A DNA stretch of 64,000 nt from Cyanobacteria bacterium auto_48_18 (GTDB taxonomy: Bacteria > Cyanobacteriota > Vampirovibrionia > Obscuribacterales > Obscuribacteraceae), in NCBI GenBank assembly GCA_036170915.1, contig JAVHQC010000001.1:44972-108971 (forward strand). Reading direction: 5' to 3'. Within the stretch, counting starts at the first letter, position 1. Each line of letters opens with the position of its first letter. This document shows positions 18,996-27,473 of the stretch, piece after piece. The notes under the pieces are model-generated. The model ran no database searches, had not been told where the DNA came from, and worked only from the letters and a program-made list of their open reading frames with translations. The position numbers and the translations under genes were made by a program.

Positions 18996-19024
18996 TCGCC
19001 CTCAGGGTTATCCGAGGAGGCTGA

Positions 19025-20455
19025 TTGCCGAGAAAAATTCCTGGCTTAACGCCATGGCGACTGAGTGTTTTCTGGATCTCATTTATCGTTTGTTTTTTGT
19101 TCGGAATTTTTGGCGGTCATTTAGAGGCGCTGCCATTTTTCTTTGCTCTGCAGTTTTTTCTAATTTGTCTCCCCGAGCTGATGGCTGTTTTTGCTTTGCC
19201 TTTTTGTCTCAGCGGACGACCGTTGCTGGCTTTGAAGATCAATAATGCCGCTCTTTTACTTGACGAGCATAATGTGCTGGCGCTCTGGTCAAAGTCATGC
19301 AGTTTGCTCTATAGCGGCGATCTTGAAGGTGCTCTCAATTCGTCTTCTGAGCTTATTAGCCTTGATCCAAAAGGTGTTCTAGGCTACAAAATTAGAGCAC
19401 TCGTGCGCATGAATTATTGCGACTTCGCTGAAGGTGAAGAAGACTGCAAGGTGGTTCTCACCCGTGATCCCAAAGATTTCATCGCCTATCTCAACAGAGC
19501 ATGTGCACGTTTACACATGGGCAAATTTGAAGAGTGTCTTGCCGATTGCGATAGCGTTTTGAAGTTCAAAAAGCTGCGCGAAAATGCTCATTTCGTTAGA
19601 AATGCCGCTTTGCTCGAGTTGCATCGAGTGGCCGAGGCTGAAGCCAGCCTGCAACAGCTAAATAAGATGGGCAGTAAAAGTTTTCTCGTGCCACTGACGA
19701 CAGCTACTTACTATTGCCATTTTTATCGTTTTGAAGAAGCCTTGAGCATTTGCGCCAGCATTCCCCGAGACGTAAATGCCAAAGCCTTTCTCGGTATTCA
19801 GGCGGCATCATATATTGGCCTGAGCGAAGGAGAGCTGGCGGTGCAATGTGCCACCGCTCTGGTGACCGAATATCCCCATTTCTATTCTGGATATTTTTAC
19901 CGCTCTACGCTTTTGACAGAAGCAAATTTTCTCGATCAAGCCATGATTGATTGTGATATGGTGCTGGCGTTGCAGCCTTATTTGAGCACGGTTAACACGC
20001 TGCGCGCGCGAATATATCTGGCTCAAGAGCAGTTCGATGATTGCTTGACTCAATGCGAGCAAGCCCTGATGAAAAACCAGTTCGACGTAGAAGCAATCGG
20101 TGTAAGAGGACGTTGTTTACTGGCTTTAGGCCGCCCTGCCGAAGCTGCATCTGAGTGCACGCGGGCTCTTGAAATCGACCACATCAACTGCAATTGTCTT
20201 GTTACTCTTGCCCTGGCCAAGGCAGAAGTTGAAGGTGCCGCCAGTGCGCTTGCTTTTCTTGAGCGCGCTATGGTCAACGATCCACATTCTCGTTTTGCTT
20301 ATCAGAGTCGCAGCAAAATTTACGCACAATTAGGTGAAATGGAGCGCTCAAAATCAGATTTTGAGCGCTATGAGAGTATGCAGAAAGAGTTGGTATCGGG
20401 AGTGCAGCAGAAGTTGCTGATTATGCTTGAGGGTGGAATGCACTATACTGATTAG
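19025..20455 (+). CDS. Membrane-anchored TPR protein
   Basis: N-terminal TM segments and repeated TPR-like helices (AYLNRACAR..G..EECLADC); GGAGG RBS before TTG. Confidence 0.78.
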   Translation: MPRKIPGLTPWRLSVFWISFIVCFLFGIFGGHLEALPFFFALQFFLICLPELMAVFALPFCLSGRPLLALKINNAALLLDEHNVLALWSKSCSLLYSGDLEGALNSSSELISLDPKGVLGYKIRALVRMNYCDFAEGEEDCKVVLTRDPKDFIAYLNRACARLHMGKFEECLADCDSVLKFKKLRENAHFVRNAALLELHRVAEAEASLQQLNKMGSKSFLVPLTTATYYCHFYRFEEALSICASIPRDVNAKAFLGIQAASYIGLSEGELAVQCATALVTEYPHFYSGYFYRSTLLTEANFLDQAMIDCDMVLALQPYLSTVNTLRARIYLAQEQFDDCLTQCEQALMKNQFDVEAIGVRGRCLLALGRPAEAASECTRALEIDHINCNCLVTLALAKAEVEGAASALAFLERAMVNDPHSRFAYQSRSKIYAQLGEMERSKSDFERYESMQKELVSGVQQKLLIMLEGGMHYTD

Positions 20456-20475
20456 GTAGGTACAGGAATTGCTAA

Positions 20476-21420
20476 TTGAGCTTTTTAAAGCACAGAAAAA
20501 ATATTCCACTGCAGATTCTGATCGCCTTTTCTTTTTGTCATGTTTTTATCGCGACAGCTGCCGCTGCCCCACCGGCAAAACCTTCTGCTGACACTGTTCG
20601 AGTCAGCCGCGCCATTGACCTGATTTGCACAGGCCATGTGATGGAAGGTCGGCGAATGCTCATACCTTTTTGTCATCGACCTGAAACTACGGCACCAATG
20701 TACTTTTATTTGGCACGCAGTTATATCGAAGATCCTGAGATGGATTCGAAAATGAATAACGAAATCGTGCAAGATTTGAATATGGCAATTAAGCTTGAAC
20801 CTGACAATGGTGAGTATTACCGCTATATGGCTAAATATCACAATATTCAAGGCCAGTGGGACGAAGCGTTAAAGTACGCAGAGAAAGCGCTTAAGGCAAA
20901 GAAAGTTGATCTTGCAGCATACCGCGAGCGCAGTGGCACATACGCCAGTTTAGGCCGTTATAACGAGGCTCTGGCGAACATGGATATTTTCATGTCCAAG
21001 GTTCCTCCAGGCGAGGGTGCATATTTCAATAAAGCGGTAATGCTGCAAGAATTGAAGCGATATGACGAGGCGGCAAAGTTCTATCGCCTATCAATTAGTC
21101 TGCGCAATCAAGATCGCACCATCATACAGTTGTCTCGCTGTCTTGATCTTGCGGGCAAGTATCAAGAAGCAATTGACGAATTGTCTAAGGTGATCAAAAC
21201 CACTCCACAAGACGACGAATCGCTGGTGATGCGAGCACGACTGTATCGTAAAAATAAAAATCCGCAGCTTGCCCTGAACGATTTTACTAAAGCACTAGAA
21301 ATTGAACCGTCAGCAAAAACCTACACCGAACGTGCTGCCGTGTATGCTCAGTTAGGGCAAAAAAGTGCTGAGGCTAAAGATCTGGCTAAAGCAAAAGAAA
21401 TGCAGAGCATGCCTTTCTGA
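20476..21420 (+). CDS. Exported TPR protein
   Basis: Signal-peptide-like N-terminus; TPR patterns (ALNDFTKALEIEP). Confidence 0.8.
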   Translation: MSFLKHRKNIPLQILIAFSFCHVFIATAAAAPPAKPSADTVRVSRAIDLICTGHVMEGRRMLIPFCHRPETTAPMYFYLARSYIEDPEMDSKMNNEIVQDLNMAIKLEPDNGEYYRYMAKYHNIQGQWDEALKYAEKALKAKKVDLAAYRERSGTYASLGRYNEALANMDIFMSKVPPGEGAYFNKAVMLQELKRYDEAAKFYRLSISLRNQDRTIIQLSRCLDLAGKYQEAIDELSKVIKTTPQDDESLVMRARLYRKNKNPQLALNDFTKALEIEPSAKTYTERAAVYAQLGQKSAEAKDLAKAKEMQSMPF

Positions 21421-21443
21421 AATGAAGGCCAATTTCGATTTAG

Positions 21444-21533
21444 AAGATCGGCCAAATAATCGGCCAAAATGATTACTGTTTGTCCGTAATCCGTGTATAA
21501 TGGCTGGGTTGTATAGTTAAAAGATCGGCCAAA
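21444..21533 (+). promoter_or_regulatory. Direct repeats (atcggccaaa x3) and a TATAAT box upstream of the Fic gene
   Basis: atcggccaaa at 21447, 21459 and 21524; TATAAT at 21496-21501. Confidence 0.55.
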
Positions 21534-22721
21534 GTGAGTGAAAATCCAAGTAGAATAGAACCGACGCGACTTGAGAATGTGTCTGAAGAAATTTCTGACG
21601 TGGTGGCAGAATTGTCCGCACGTTCAGCTGTTCTTGGAGCGACACTTCACCCTACCAGCGCTGCCAACTTAGCGGCGATAGTGCGGATGGTAAATACTCA
21701 CTACAGCAATTTGATTGAGGGCCACGACACAAAACTAAGAGACATTGAGCGCGCACTCGCTGGCGACTTCGAGCGTGATTTGACACGTCGCAATTTACAA
21801 AAAGAGGCAGCTGCGCATCTGCGAGTTCAAGCGGAAATAGACAGGTTGTACGCACAAGAGGCTCTGCCCGAGCCAACATCAGGTGCCTTTATCTGTTGGG
21901 TTCATCGAGAGTTCTATGACGGAGCAGATGAAACAATGCTGACGGTGGTAGGTGAGAGCGATAAAATTGTTATGGTGCCAGGAGTGTGGCGGCACTCAAT
22001 GCACAATGTGGTTGTTGGCAGACATCATCCTCCTTCTGGCGATACAGTTGACGACTTTATGCGTTATTTTGAAATGCGCTATGAGCTTGCTGCATTAGGC
22101 AAAGCCAGTCGCATCATGGCGGTTGCTGCTGCTCATCACCGCTTTAATTTCATTCACCCCTTTGCTGATGGAAACGGTCGTGTCAGTCGGTTGATGAGCC
22201 ATGCTATGGCACTCAAGTCTGGTATTGGCGCTCATGGGCTCTGGTCTGTGTCGCGAGGCTTAGCCAGAGGCCTGGAAAGCGGCTCTGAATATAAGCTCAT
22301 GATGGATCGTGCCGACTCTCCACGCGAAGGAGATTTCGATGGTCGGGGCAATCTCTCGCAAAATGCGCTGGCTGAATTTACGCTCTGGTTTTTAAAAGTT
22401 TGCCTCGACCAGGTGAATTTTATGTCTGCTTTATTTGACTTGAACAATCTTGAGCGCCGTCTCAAAAATTATGTCGACCAAAGTGACGTGCTGAAACCAG
22501 AATCGTTTCTGCTGCTGCGAGAAGCACTTGTGCGAGGAGTAGTTGAGCGAGGTGATGCGCCACGCATAACAGGGTTACCTGAGCGTTCAGCGAGAAGAAT
22601 TTTAAAGGACGTGATTGATGTCGGACTATTGGCTTCCGAAACACCCAAATCGGCAGTGTCTTTGCGCTTCCCGGCCAACTCGCTAGATACGCTGTTTCCA
22701 CGACTTTATGTCAACAGCTGA
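21534..22721 (+). CDS. Fic family protein with a C-terminal HTH-like region
   Basis: Canonical HPFADGNGRVSR motif; SNLIEG inhibitory-helix-like motif. Confidence 0.92.
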   Translation: MSENPSRIEPTRLENVSEEISDVVAELSARSAVLGATLHPTSAANLAAIVRMVNTHYSNLIEGHDTKLRDIERALAGDFERDLTRRNLQKEAAAHLRVQAEIDRLYAQEALPEPTSGAFICWVHREFYDGADETMLTVVGESDKIVMVPGVWRHSMHNVVVGRHHPPSGDTVDDFMRYFEMRYELAALGKASRIMAVAAAHHRFNFIHPFADGNGRVSRLMSHAMALKSGIGAHGLWSVSRGLARGLESGSEYKLMMDRADSPREGDFDGRGNLSQNALAEFTLWFLKVCLDQVNFMSALFDLNNLERRLKNYVDQSDVLKPESFLLLREALVRGVVERGDAPRITGLPERSARRILKDVIDVGLLASETPKSAVSLRFPANSLDTLFPRLYVNS

Positions 22722-22735
22722 TCTCGTTGCAAGTT

Positions 22736-23062
22736 TTAAAGCGGAATCGCAAAAGACAAGTTAGACATGATGATTACTTGAGTAACAATGCAAAGTATGA
22801 GAATCATTCCGGCAGGCATGAATTTTTTTGTTTTGATCAAACGCATGATAAACACTATATCTAGCAATGTAATCACGACCATGCCGCTTATCAGTGCTGC
22901 TTGCATGTTGACAAAGCCAATGGCAAAGCAAATATCTAGTGCCACTGAACTGGCCACGCCGGCGATTAAAGAAGCCTTACTCTTAGCTTTCTTGAAGCCA
23001 ATAATGCCGCCCACCAGTACCAGGGTCGAAAGTATCATCAGGGAGTAGTGAGCAAGTTGCAT
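22736..23062 (-). CDS. TMEM14 family small membrane protein
   Basis: LVGGIIGFKKAKSKASLIAGV and RLIKTKKFMPAG; start moved to ATG 23062. Confidence 0.85.
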   Translation of the reverse strand: MQLAHYSLMILSTLVLVGGIIGFKKAKSKASLIAGVASSVALDICFAIGFVNMQAALISGMVVITLLDIVFIMRLIKTKKFMPAGMILILCIVTQVIIMSNLSFAIPL

Positions 23063-23141
23063 CTTATGTTTTTCCTGTAAATTCGGGCTTCTATTTTTAT
23101 AGTCTGTTTGTCTTTTAGTTTCGTTTTTTATTTTACTGCTG

Positions 23142-23612
23142 TTAACTATGTGATGGTTGGAAAACTCGCTCGATTTCCTCATCTTTTAAAACGAATTTTT
23201 CATCATCTTCCAGCTCGGTGCCGCCGTCTGCCCGTCGGGCGATCCATGTTCCAAGGCCGGCGCCTCCTCCTCCTGAAGTCGGTAGAATCCACCAGGTGCC
23301 AGATATTACGTTGCCGTCAGCGTTCATAGTACCGACGTATTCAACGGGGTCTAAGTTGCTTTTGAAATATTTTTTGGAGAAGCGCAAATCAGGATAGGTA
23401 AAAGTGCCGTTGACCACGGCTTCGCCAAGCTGACCGTCATCTAAAATGCTACCTTCTAAGTGAGGGCCAATTTCGATAAACACCGCTTCGAAGCTACCAC
23501 CATCAGTGCGGCCGAAATAAAAATACTGACCCATCCAGCTGCCCGAGATGGAATGATTTGGTGCTCCACCGCTGCCGGAGCCAAAGCCAAAGTTGCTACC
23601 AGAGCCGCTCAT
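23142..23612 (-). CDS. Hypothetical protein (beta-rich; ISGSW...FSKKY...VEYVG...ISGTW)
   Basis: 156-aa ORF with a 4-bp ATGA overlap with the upstream phosphoesterase stop. Confidence 0.7.
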   Translation of the reverse strand: MSGSGSNFGFGSGSGGAPNHSISGSWMGQYFYFGRTDGGSFEAVFIEIGPHLEGSILDDGQLGEAVVNGTFTYPDLRFSKKYFKSNLDPVEYVGTMNADGNVISGTWWILPTSGGGGAGLGTWIARRADGGTELEDDEKFVLKDEEIERVFQPSHS

Positions 23613-25096
23613 TTGGTAACGACAAACTGATCGATGACTTTACCCTTGCTATTGATTTGTCTGACTGTGAGCGTTCTATCGTTGACATCCATGTCGGTAT
23701 ACGAATAATCGTTTGAGTCATATTTGAGAATAAAATCTGATGGCAGGCCCTGCATATATAGCCTTGCCCCGCCTGCACCGGTGACTATGTGAATTGTCCC
23801 TTTGGGTTTAGTATTGGTGACCCCATCGTAATCCGTGTCAGTGGTCAGCGCACCATTGACGGTGCCATTGGTATTAAGAGTGAAGTTTTTTTGACCGGCC
23901 TTAGGCAAAAACGTGAGCGGATAACTTCTTTCATAACAGTGAGCGTGACCGGCGTAGACCATATCAACTTTGTATTTTTTTAAAAGGTCACTAATCAGGC
24001 GCATACGTTGTTCGTTGCCGTGAGGCAAGTCAATACTGAAGGCAGGCTGGTGGAAAGTGACAAATCTCCAGGTGGCTTTTTGCGCGTTTCTTAAATCATC
24101 AGCTAGCCATTTGCGGGTTTTAGCGTTGGTCCAGTCCATGTAATAGTTGCCGTCGAGCACCGTCCAGTGAGAGTTGCCATAATCAAAAGAAAAGTTCGCC
24201 ATGGGTGGATAGGCGTCACCGGCAGACCTCTTAAAGAGTTCAAGTTTGCGTTCTTCACCCACAATAGGAGGAGTATTTCTTGCACCGTATACGGTGCCTG
24301 GGCCGTTTAGCGGCTGGTTCCAGAAAATAAAGTAAGCCATGGCATCAGGATGTTTTTCGAAATTAGTGCCTTTGCCATCAAGAGCAATGTCGTGATTGCC
24401 AAGCACACCTACTGAAAGCGTTGAGCGCAACATTGGTACGCTGAGATTTTTGTTGGCATTTTTTTGCGAAGGGTCTTCAGCATCTTCGTTGTATACAGGA
24501 AAGAAGTTAGTCAAATACTGATTAAAGAGCCCGTGTTGATAGACAATATCGCCTGGAATTACAATCATGTCAGGCTTTGCTTTATAGACTTGTTGAGCGA
24601 TGGCGCGCTGGCCGTCGGTGTTAGCTCCGCAGTCACCAAATATGGTTACTTTATATGGCTGGTCGGCCGATTTTTTGGCTGTGGCCGTGGCCGAAAAAAC
24701 TTCGGTTCCACCAGTAGACAATTTATACGTAAAGCTGGCTCCAGGAGTCAGTCTGGTAAAGCGCGCGGTGTATTTCCTCACCGGCGTGGCCATTCCCGGT
24801 AAGGCCACCAATCTCTCTAAAACAGATGCCGCTGGCCTATAGTCCTGCGAATTGCCAGACTTAACTTCCACCCGCCATTTTTGCGGCTCTTGTTCAGCTT
24901 GGACCGCACCTTTTTTAGTGGCGCCCATGGTGCCGGTAAACCAGACAATGGTGGCTGTGGTGGCATCGGTTCGCGTTTCATAGCCGAGCTGCATATATGG
25001 TTTAACGAGAAAAGTCTCAGCAGCTTGCGCACTCAGGGCCGACTGCAAGCAAAGAGTGAGGAGCAAAGTGACGGCCGGATTGATCCATTTGCGCAT
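23609..25096 (-). CDS. Exported metallophosphoesterase (purple acid phosphatase-like)
   Basis: FGDCG, GDIVY, GNHD, TFHQP, AGHAHCYER; signal peptide. The track start (25186) overlaps the tRNA, so ATG 25096 is used. Confidence 0.9.
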   Translation of the reverse strand: MRKWINPAVTLLLTLCLQSALSAQAAETFLVKPYMQLGYETRTDATTATIVWFTGTMGATKKGAVQAEQEPQKWRVEVKSGNSQDYRPAASVLERLVALPGMATPVRKYTARFTRLTPGASFTYKLSTGGTEVFSATATAKKSADQPYKVTIFGDCGANTDGQRAIAQQVYKAKPDMIVIPGDIVYQHGLFNQYLTNFFPVYNEDAEDPSQKNANKNLSVPMLRSTLSVGVLGNHDIALDGKGTNFEKHPDAMAYFIFWNQPLNGPGTVYGARNTPPIVGEERKLELFKRSAGDAYPPMANFSFDYGNSHWTVLDGNYYMDWTNAKTRKWLADDLRNAQKATWRFVTFHQPAFSIDLPHGNEQRMRLISDLLKKYKVDMVYAGHAHCYERSYPLTFLPKAGQKNFTLNTNGTVNGALTTDTDYDGVTNTKPKGTIHIVTGAGGARLYMQGLPSDFILKYDSNDYSYTDMDVNDRTLTVRQINSKGKVIDQFVVTK

Positions 25097-25125
25097 GATC
25101 AACCTCGTTGGTTTTAATTTAAAAA

Positions 25126-25201
25126 TGGTGCCGAGACGCAGAATTGAACTGCGGACACAAGGATTTTCAGTCCTTTGCTCTACCAACTGAGCTACCTCGG
25201 C
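25126..25201 (-). tRNA. trnF: tRNA-Phe (GAA) with encoded CCA
   Basis: Reverse complement GCCGAGGTAGCTCAGTTGGTAGAGCAAAGGACTGAAAATCCTTGTGTCCGCAGTTCAATTCTGCGTCTCGGCACCA, 76-nt cloverleaf. Confidence 0.97.
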
Positions 25202-25334
25202 AGAATCACGCGAAACTCAGCGCTGGACTGATTGAGAGTCGGCTCTAAGCGTGAAAAGCGTTGGATCAATATACCACAAGACTTTTCACGGTCAAATGTC
25301 ATACATCACAATGCTGCGAATCTTTGCGCAAACT

Positions 25335-25994
25335 TTATTGCTGTTGCACTGGTGAGACGGCGCGGTTGAAGAATGCCGCCACTCGGCAGCCTTCGCCGGC
25401 TTTTTTGACGAGAAAATCCATTGTCAGTTGCTGGCTGGCTGGCGGCTGGCCTGACATTTGCATCACCAGAGTGCCCGTGACGGTCACAACCACGGAGCCA
25501 TCAGGGTTGGTGGCCACCGGTTGAATCGAGACCGGCTGGAAAGAGCCTACAGTATTGCCTGAAGCGATTCCCTGCTGCACTCCGGCGTTCCAATACATAT
25601 CTTCGAAAGCTTTTTTAGCCTCAGGAAGCATCCAGGCATCGGCCTCTTTGTGATTGGCAACGGCTGAGGCCATCTGGTAGTCCATGGCTTTGGTTATCCA
25701 CCAGTGCACAAAATCTGCCGCCAGCTTGGGCGTCAGCGATGACTGAGCCGGTTGAGCGGCTGGATCAGCTGCTTTTTGCTCTGCAGGCTTGGTCGCGGCG
25801 GCTTTGGCCGGGTCATCTTCAGCCGCAGGCACTGGTTTGGTTTGAGTGCCGCGCCTGGAGCCGGTCTTTTCAGGGTTTTCTTGCATGCTAACCCCGCCGA
25901 AAAATATGCCCGCAATGCCTATCAGCACAATGGCCATGACGATTTTGTCGTGCATCAAACGTTGAATAAAAGCTCGAATAAGGTCTTGAATCAT
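25335..25994 (-). CDS. Membrane-anchored protein, possible DotI/IcmL/VirB8-like NTF2 fold
   Basis: Single TM and Pro/Ala linker, then a helical region (FVHWWITKAMDY, WMLPEAKKAF) and beta strands (VVVTVTGTLVM, LTMDFLV). Confidence 0.55.
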   Translation of the reverse strand: MIQDLIRAFIQRLMHDKIVMAIVLIGIAGIFFGGVSMQENPEKTGSRRGTQTKPVPAAEDDPAKAAATKPAEQKAADPAAQPAQSSLTPKLAADFVHWWITKAMDYQMASAVANHKEADAWMLPEAKKAFEDMYWNAGVQQGIASGNTVGSFQPVSIQPVATNPDGSVVVTVTGTLVMQMSGQPPASQQLTMDFLVKKAGEGCRVAAFFNRAVSPVQQQ

Positions 25995-26154
25995 CTTTAT
26001 TGCTGCGATCTACACTCTCTATCAAATAGCCTGGCGGCGGAAAAATCAACTGGCTACTAGTAATCTTCCCATTCTAAACCGCTTGCGCGTCGTTCGGCGC
26101 AGGTTACATGTACAATTGCATCGGTGTGCATGGGTGCTCCACAGGACTTTCAAC

Positions 26155-26637
26155 TTGGAAGACAAGCGTTCGCAAAAGAAAAGTGACAACGAGCAAGCTG
26201 ATAAAGCTGAGCACAAGGACGCGCCCGCTGATTTGGGCCAGCCCCATGCTGATTCAGAGAGCGACGCTGAAAGTACGTTTTCTTTTGAAGATGACGGGCC
26301 CCGCGAGATTATTCCAGGGTTCGCTGAAATGAAGGCTCTCGACACAGTCGCCGCCAACGCCGACATTTATTTGTCAGAGCAAATGCTTATGGGCAGCGCC
26401 AAAGGCAATTATGTGGCCTATACAATTAAACTTCCCGCTGATCAGCTGGCTGCTCTGCAGTCAATCTGGCTCGAGCTAAAGCGCCTTTACGGCACTCATT
26501 CGCCTGACAAAAGCGGCATGATTCAACAAGCGATTCAAGACTGGCTCAAGCGTTGGGACGGCCCCGATCGGCAGAAACTTTTGAATGAATTGCTCGAAAT
26601 ACGGCAGGACACCAGGCGTCGGCAGTATAAGAAATAG
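26155..26637 (+). CDS. Hypothetical protein with an acidic N-terminus and a possible ribbon-helix-helix domain
   Basis: YTIKLPADQLAALQSIWLELKR...DKSGMIQQAIQDWL; start uncertain (TTG 26155, track start 26083). Confidence 0.6.
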   Translation: MEDKRSQKKSDNEQADKAEHKDAPADLGQPHADSESDAESTFSFEDDGPREIIPGFAEMKALDTVAANADIYLSEQMLMGSAKGNYVAYTIKLPADQLAALQSIWLELKRLYGTHSPDKSGMIQQAIQDWLKRWDGPDRQKLLNELLEIRQDTRRRQYKK

Positions 26638-26649
26638 CACTTGCCAAAT

Positions 26650-26685
26650 CGCAGAGAAATTTTGGGTAAATTTCTCTGCGTTTTT
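26650..26685. terminator. Hairpin between convergent genes, probable bidirectional terminator
   Basis: cgcagagaaattt-tgggt-aaatttctctgcg followed by ttttt. Confidence 0.75.
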
Positions 26686-26686
26686 G

Positions 26687-27298
26687 TCAATCGTGTTTGA
26701 GGTGCCGCCAGAGGTACCAGCCGAAGCCGCCAACGCAGACGAGCACAATCACTAAATCAAATTTGTGCCAGATATCGCGGAACTGTTCCATGTTATCGCC
26801 GAACCAGATGCCGACGTAGGTGAGGAAGTAGCACCAGACTAGCGATCCGATGAATGTGTAAATCAAGAATTTGCCCAGCGGTGCGCGCAGCACCCCGGCG
26901 GGAAATGAGATGAAAGTGCGCACCACAGGCAGCATACGGCAGATGAAAAATGTCATGTCACCGTATTTGGTAACCCACTTGTCAGCCAGCTCCATATCTT
27001 TTTCTTTTAATAGGAAGTAGCGGCCGTATTTGGTGAGAAACGGTCTGCCGCCGAGCATACCGAGAAAATATGACGGGATGGAGCCCACAACGCAACCGAC
27101 TGCACCAGCTAACGCTGCCAAGTGCACGTTCATTTTGCCTTCTTGAACCAAGAGGCCCGCGGTGGGCATGATTGCTTCACTGGGCAAGGGAATATTGGCT
27201 GATTCAATCGCCATCATAATCAAAACGGCCAGGTAGCCGCCTTGTTCGACGCCACTTTTGATCCAGAGCAAAATCGGATCGAGAAATTGATGAAGCAC
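26687..27298 (-). CDS. DedA family membrane protein
   Basis: IESANIPLPSEAIMP, CRMLPVVRTFISFPAG. Confidence 0.93.
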   Translation of the reverse strand: MLHQFLDPILLWIKSGVEQGGYLAVLIMMAIESANIPLPSEAIMPTAGLLVQEGKMNVHLAALAGAVGCVVGSIPSYFLGMLGGRPFLTKYGRYFLLKEKDMELADKWVTKYGDMTFFICRMLPVVRTFISFPAGVLRAPLGKFLIYTFIGSLVWCYFLTYVGIWFGDNMEQFRDIWHKFDLVIVLVCVGGFGWYLWRHLKHD

Positions 27299-27473
27299 TT
27301 GATCTCCAGATAATTATTGGCTGCGAGTGACGATTCTACAGTGCTTTGTTGTTTTTTCCTTTTAGCAAACTCTCAGTATGCGCGATTGTTGGATAATAAA
27401 ACTGATCTGATAGTCATTCGCCTGTCGAGGTGACATCGATCGCATATCTTTATTTTAAAATTTTGGAAATAGC

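Noticed and set aside
25126..25150. Genomic island integrated at tRNA-Phe
   Set aside because: No duplicated tRNA 3' end or integrase was noticed in the window.
25097..25186. N-terminal extension of the phosphoesterase ORF in the track
   Set aside because: It is read through tRNA-Phe; the signal peptide begins at ATG 25096.
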